A DNA stretch of 62,317 nt, filler included, from Gemmatimonadota bacterium (GTDB taxonomy: Bacteria > 4572-55 > J002): the NCBI GenBank assembly GCA_003697105.1. It is 4 parts of 4 records of this genome, joined end to end, with 100 filler letters (N's around TTAATTAATTAA, not from the genome) between each part and the next. Parts side by side here need not be neighbours in the genome. Positions count along the whole stretch, not along the records: positions 59,208 to 62,317 come from RFFQ01000085.1; 3 more parts are not named here. One strand, written 5' to 3'. The notes under the pieces were generated by a model. The model was not told the DNA's origin. It made no database searches and saw only the letters and a program-made list of their open reading frames with translations. The position numbers were made by a program, and so were the translations under genes. Shown here in pieces: positions 59,826 to 62,317 of this stretch. The number at the start of each line of letters is the position of its first letter. The first letter of the stretch is position 1.

Positions 59826-61694
59826 ATGATTCCCATTAAAGAGCCTAAAACACAAACAATTTTAATTGTAGATGATGAACCGGCAAATTTACGGGTACTT
59901 TCGGAATTTTTATTGGATTCCGGTTATGATGTGCTGATCGCGCAAGATGGTGCCAGTGCCCTCTACCGGGCGGAAAAAATGCAACCCGATTTGATCCTGT
60001 TGGACATTAAAATGCCCAAAATGGACGGTTTTGAGACCTGCCGTCATCTCAAAGAAAACCCGCTTACCCAAGATATTCCTGTAATTTTCATCACCGCGTT
60101 TACGGATGTGGAAAATAAGATCAAAGGGTTTGATTTAGGCGGGGTAGATTATATCACCAAACCGATCCAAAATCGGGAGGTCGTCGCCCGGGTGCAAACG
60201 CACCTTATGCTACGGCAATTACAGAAGGAACTTCAACAACGGAATAAAACCTTAATCGATTCGCTTCAATCCTTTTCCAAACTGGTACGCCCAGAAACCG
60301 CTTATGAAGAGCTTTTACGGTTGCTCACCACCCAGTTTCAGGTGGACCGCTGTCAAATTGTCCTCCAGAATGCGGATGAGACAAAAATGGAAGTCAAAGC
60401 GGTTTCACCCGTGTTAAACGAAACCGACATCAGTTACCCAATTTTGCAACAGGCGCTTAAAACCCGGCAAACCCAATTTGTAAGTGATGTTTATACCAGT
60501 CGCTCTGCGGAAAATCCCACTCATGCGGTACTCTCGGTTATTGTTGTACCGTTGCATAATCAACGAGGGGAAGCTATCGGAGCCCTTTATCTCGACCGCC
60601 GGGATCACACCAAACCGGCTTTTACTCCCCAAGATGTCCAGCACGTCCAAAAAATTGCCGAAATCCTCAGTCCGATCCTAGCCCATCAGGAGGATGTCGA
60701 AATAACCCGCGTGGACTCGGAAATCCGTAAATTAGGGTTGTTTATTGGTAACAGCCGCAAAATGCGGCAAGTGTATCAGGAGATTGAAAAAGCGGCAAAA
60801 GTAGATTCAACCGTTTACATTCATGGGGAGTCCGGTACTGGTAAAGAGTTGGTGGCAAAAGCACTTCACCAGCTAAGCTCGCGCCGGGATAAACCCTATA
60901 TTGCGGTTAATTGCGCCGCAATACCGCGTGAACTGGCAGAAAGTGAATTTTTTGGGTATGATAAAGGCGCGTTCTCCGGTGCGGTGACCACCAAACCCGG
61001 TAAGTTTGAATTGGCAGATGGGGGTACGCTCTTTTTAGATGAAATTGCCGATTTATCGATGGAACTACAGGCTAAACTCCTGCGGGCAATCCAAGAAAAA
61101 GAGATTTGGCGGGTCGGGGGTCAAAAAGCCTTACCGGTCGATGTCCGAATCATTATTGCGACCAGTAAAAATCTGGAAGAAGAAGTCCAGAAAGGAACAT
61201 TCCGTTCGGATTTGTATTACCGGTTTAATGTGTTGCGTATTGCCCTGCCACCACTCGATAAGCGCAAAGAAGATATTCCCCTGTTAGCATTTCATTTTTT
61301 GCAAAAACAGAACACCCAAATCTCCGGGTTCACACCGGAGGCAATTTATGCGCTGCAAAACCATACGTGGAAAGGTAACGTCCGGGAATTGGAAAATCTC
61401 ATTGAAAAAGCCGTGGTCTATCATGAGGGCAACCAACCCTTGACCCCCAAAGATTTGTTTCCCGAAGAACACGTCACCACTGCACCCCTTGTTTCTACAC
61501 CGGAAAAGGTGATGATGCCAGAAGGCAAGACTTTAGATGAAAAGTTAAAGTTTATGGAATGCCAAATTGTGACTCAAACCTTGCACCGCCTAAATGGACA
61601 CAAGCGCAACACCGCCGCCGAACTCGGAATTACCCGTTCCCGCTTAGACCGGATTATTAAGCGCTACCATATCCCCTTGACGAAAAAAATATAA
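59826..61694 (+). CDS. Sigma54 enhancer-binding protein (REC, GAF, AAA+, Fis-type HTH)
   Basis: VDDE/LLDIKMP receiver; VVPL...IGALYLD GAF; GESGTGKE, NCAA, GAFSGA, FLDEI, FRSDLYYR, WKGNVREL, TAAELGI. Confidence 0.93.
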   Translation: MIPIKEPKTQTILIVDDEPANLRVLSEFLLDSGYDVLIAQDGASALYRAEKMQPDLILLDIKMPKMDGFETCRHLKENPLTQDIPVIFITAFTDVENKIKGFDLGGVDYITKPIQNREVVARVQTHLMLRQLQKELQQRNKTLIDSLQSFSKLVRPETAYEELLRLLTTQFQVDRCQIVLQNADETKMEVKAVSPVLNETDISYPILQQALKTRQTQFVSDVYTSRSAENPTHAVLSVIVVPLHNQRGEAIGALYLDRRDHTKPAFTPQDVQHVQKIAEILSPILAHQEDVEITRVDSEIRKLGLFIGNSRKMRQVYQEIEKAAKVDSTVYIHGESGTGKELVAKALHQLSSRRDKPYIAVNCAAIPRELAESEFFGYDKGAFSGAVTTKPGKFELADGGTLFLDEIADLSMELQAKLLRAIQEKEIWRVGGQKALPVDVRIIIATSKNLEEEVQKGTFRSDLYYRFNVLRIALPPLDKRKEDIPLLAFHFLQKQNTQISGFTPEAIYALQNHTWKGNVRELENLIEKAVVYHEGNQPLTPKDLFPEEHVTTAPLVSTPEKVMMPEGKTLDEKLKFMECQIVTQTLHRLNGHKRNTAAELGITRSRLDRIIKRYHIPLTKKI

Positions 61695-61697
61695 CAG

Positions 61698-61740
61698 TGT
61701 ACCACCCTGAAACATCTCAAAAATGTACCAAAATAGAACA
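61698..61740. promoter_or_regulatory. Tandem enhancer-like sites (TGT-N11-ACA x2)
   Basis: TGTACCAcccTgaAACA (61698-61714) and TGTACCAaaaTagAACA (61724-61740). Confidence 0.6.
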
Positions 61741-61858
61741 TTGAAATAACTCTAATTACACCAACAGATTAACGAAGTTTCTATCATAATGTCTCAGCAT
61801 AATACAATCAAACGCGTTTAACCTCAAACACCACACCCATCTTATAATATACTGATAT

Positions 61859-61891
61859 AAAGCGACTTACTTAGCTGTAAGTCGCTTTTTT
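61859..61891 (+). terminator. Intrinsic terminator-like hairpin after the activator gene
   Basis: AAAGCGACTTAC-ttagct-GTAAGTCGCTTT followed by a T-rich tract. Confidence 0.7.
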
Positions 61892-61896
61892 GTTTT

Positions 61897-61912
61897 TGGT
61901 ACATTTTATGTA
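61897..61912 (+). promoter_or_regulatory. Near-consensus sigma54 -24/-12 promoter
   Basis: TGGTAC-ATTTT-ATGTA: GG-N10-GT instead of GG-N10-GC. Confidence 0.55.
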
Positions 61913-62057
61913 ATGTTACAGCACCGTTCATAAGGCTGAACCTTTCGGATAGGAGGTGATCCGGTTTCGGGAAGATCACCTCTTCTCTGAATTCTGCGCA
62001 TTCATATTGAAATTGGATTAAACCCGTTTCCTTTTTATTCATTTTTAAGGAGGTTGT

Positions 62058-62317
62058 ATGAATTACTCACGTTTCGCTATTGTGTTATTGTGCTGGATGT
62101 TGGTAAGTGCTGGCAATGTAATGGCACAAGCATCCATGGAGGTGGATCCGGCAAGTTACGACGTAACATTTGATTATTCTCAAGTGGATCAACTCCAAAC
62201 GTTTACGATCACCAACACCGGTGATCAAGATTTAAGCTATTCTATCGATTTATTCGGTGCGACCTATAATCGGGTGGCGGAGACGCATTCCCAACCGGGC
62301 GGATTGCGCGGCTCCGG
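62058..62317 (+). CDS. 5' part of a secreted protein with an Ig/ASH-like domain; runs off the window
   Basis: Not in the ORF track; AAGGAGG SD; MNYSRFAIVLLCWMLVSAGNVMAQ signal, then VDPASYDVT...FTITNTGDQDLSYSI. Confidence 0.85.
   Translation, partial: MNYSRFAIVLLCWMLVSAGNVMAQASMEVDPASYDVTFDYSQVDQLQTFTITNTGDQDLSYSIDLFGATYNRVAETHSQPGGLRGS

Overview
62.3 kb of bacterial chromosomal DNA, apparently a draft genome or MAG. It is four contigs joined by artificial N-TTAATTAATTAA-N spacers (28521-28620, 39520-39619, 59108-59207), so adjacency across the gaps is not evidence. Secreted proteins ending in 'NYPNPFNP' sorting domains, a beta-propeller/Y_Y_Y sensor kinase and the lipoprotein types suggest an FCB-superphylum diderm (KSB1/Calditrichota-like; inference). 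Ordinary content: ABC-2 permeases, a MOSC protein, guaA, a TrmH methylase, alpha-2-macroglobulin, an M14 carboxypeptidase, a surface-glycan locus, an NMT1/SsuA-type ABC transporter with GDPD, mlaEFD, pepA, ftsX, an M24 peptidase, tRNA-Gly(GCC), msrA, uppS and many two-component genes. No CRISPR, prophage, integrase or transposase gene was seen. The most interesting signals are: (1) a probable two-tier zinc-control module (perfect Zur-type box, then a His/Cys-rich leader ORF ending in an APKHSPP arrest-like motif, then a zinc-regulated outer-membrane receptor); (2) an ApbE/DUF3570/DUF4266/TlpA flavinylation operon extended with a small diheme lipoprotein cytochrome, a Tat-exported NusG-II protein and a secreted cargo protein; (3) two paralogous kinase cores sharing an unusual PLDxxKIWxCWESDxEG insert, one a heme-c sensor kinase and the other a His-to-Ser pseudokinase next to a 1709-aa sensor with two kinase cores; (4) a 355-bp REP-bounded element with terminal inverted repeats and a 6-bp target duplication; (5) an MsrA fusion with an internal ribosome-binding site; (6) a complete sigma54 cassette whose leader has a 16S-tail-mimic hairpin. 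All family assignments come from motif recognition, not database searches.
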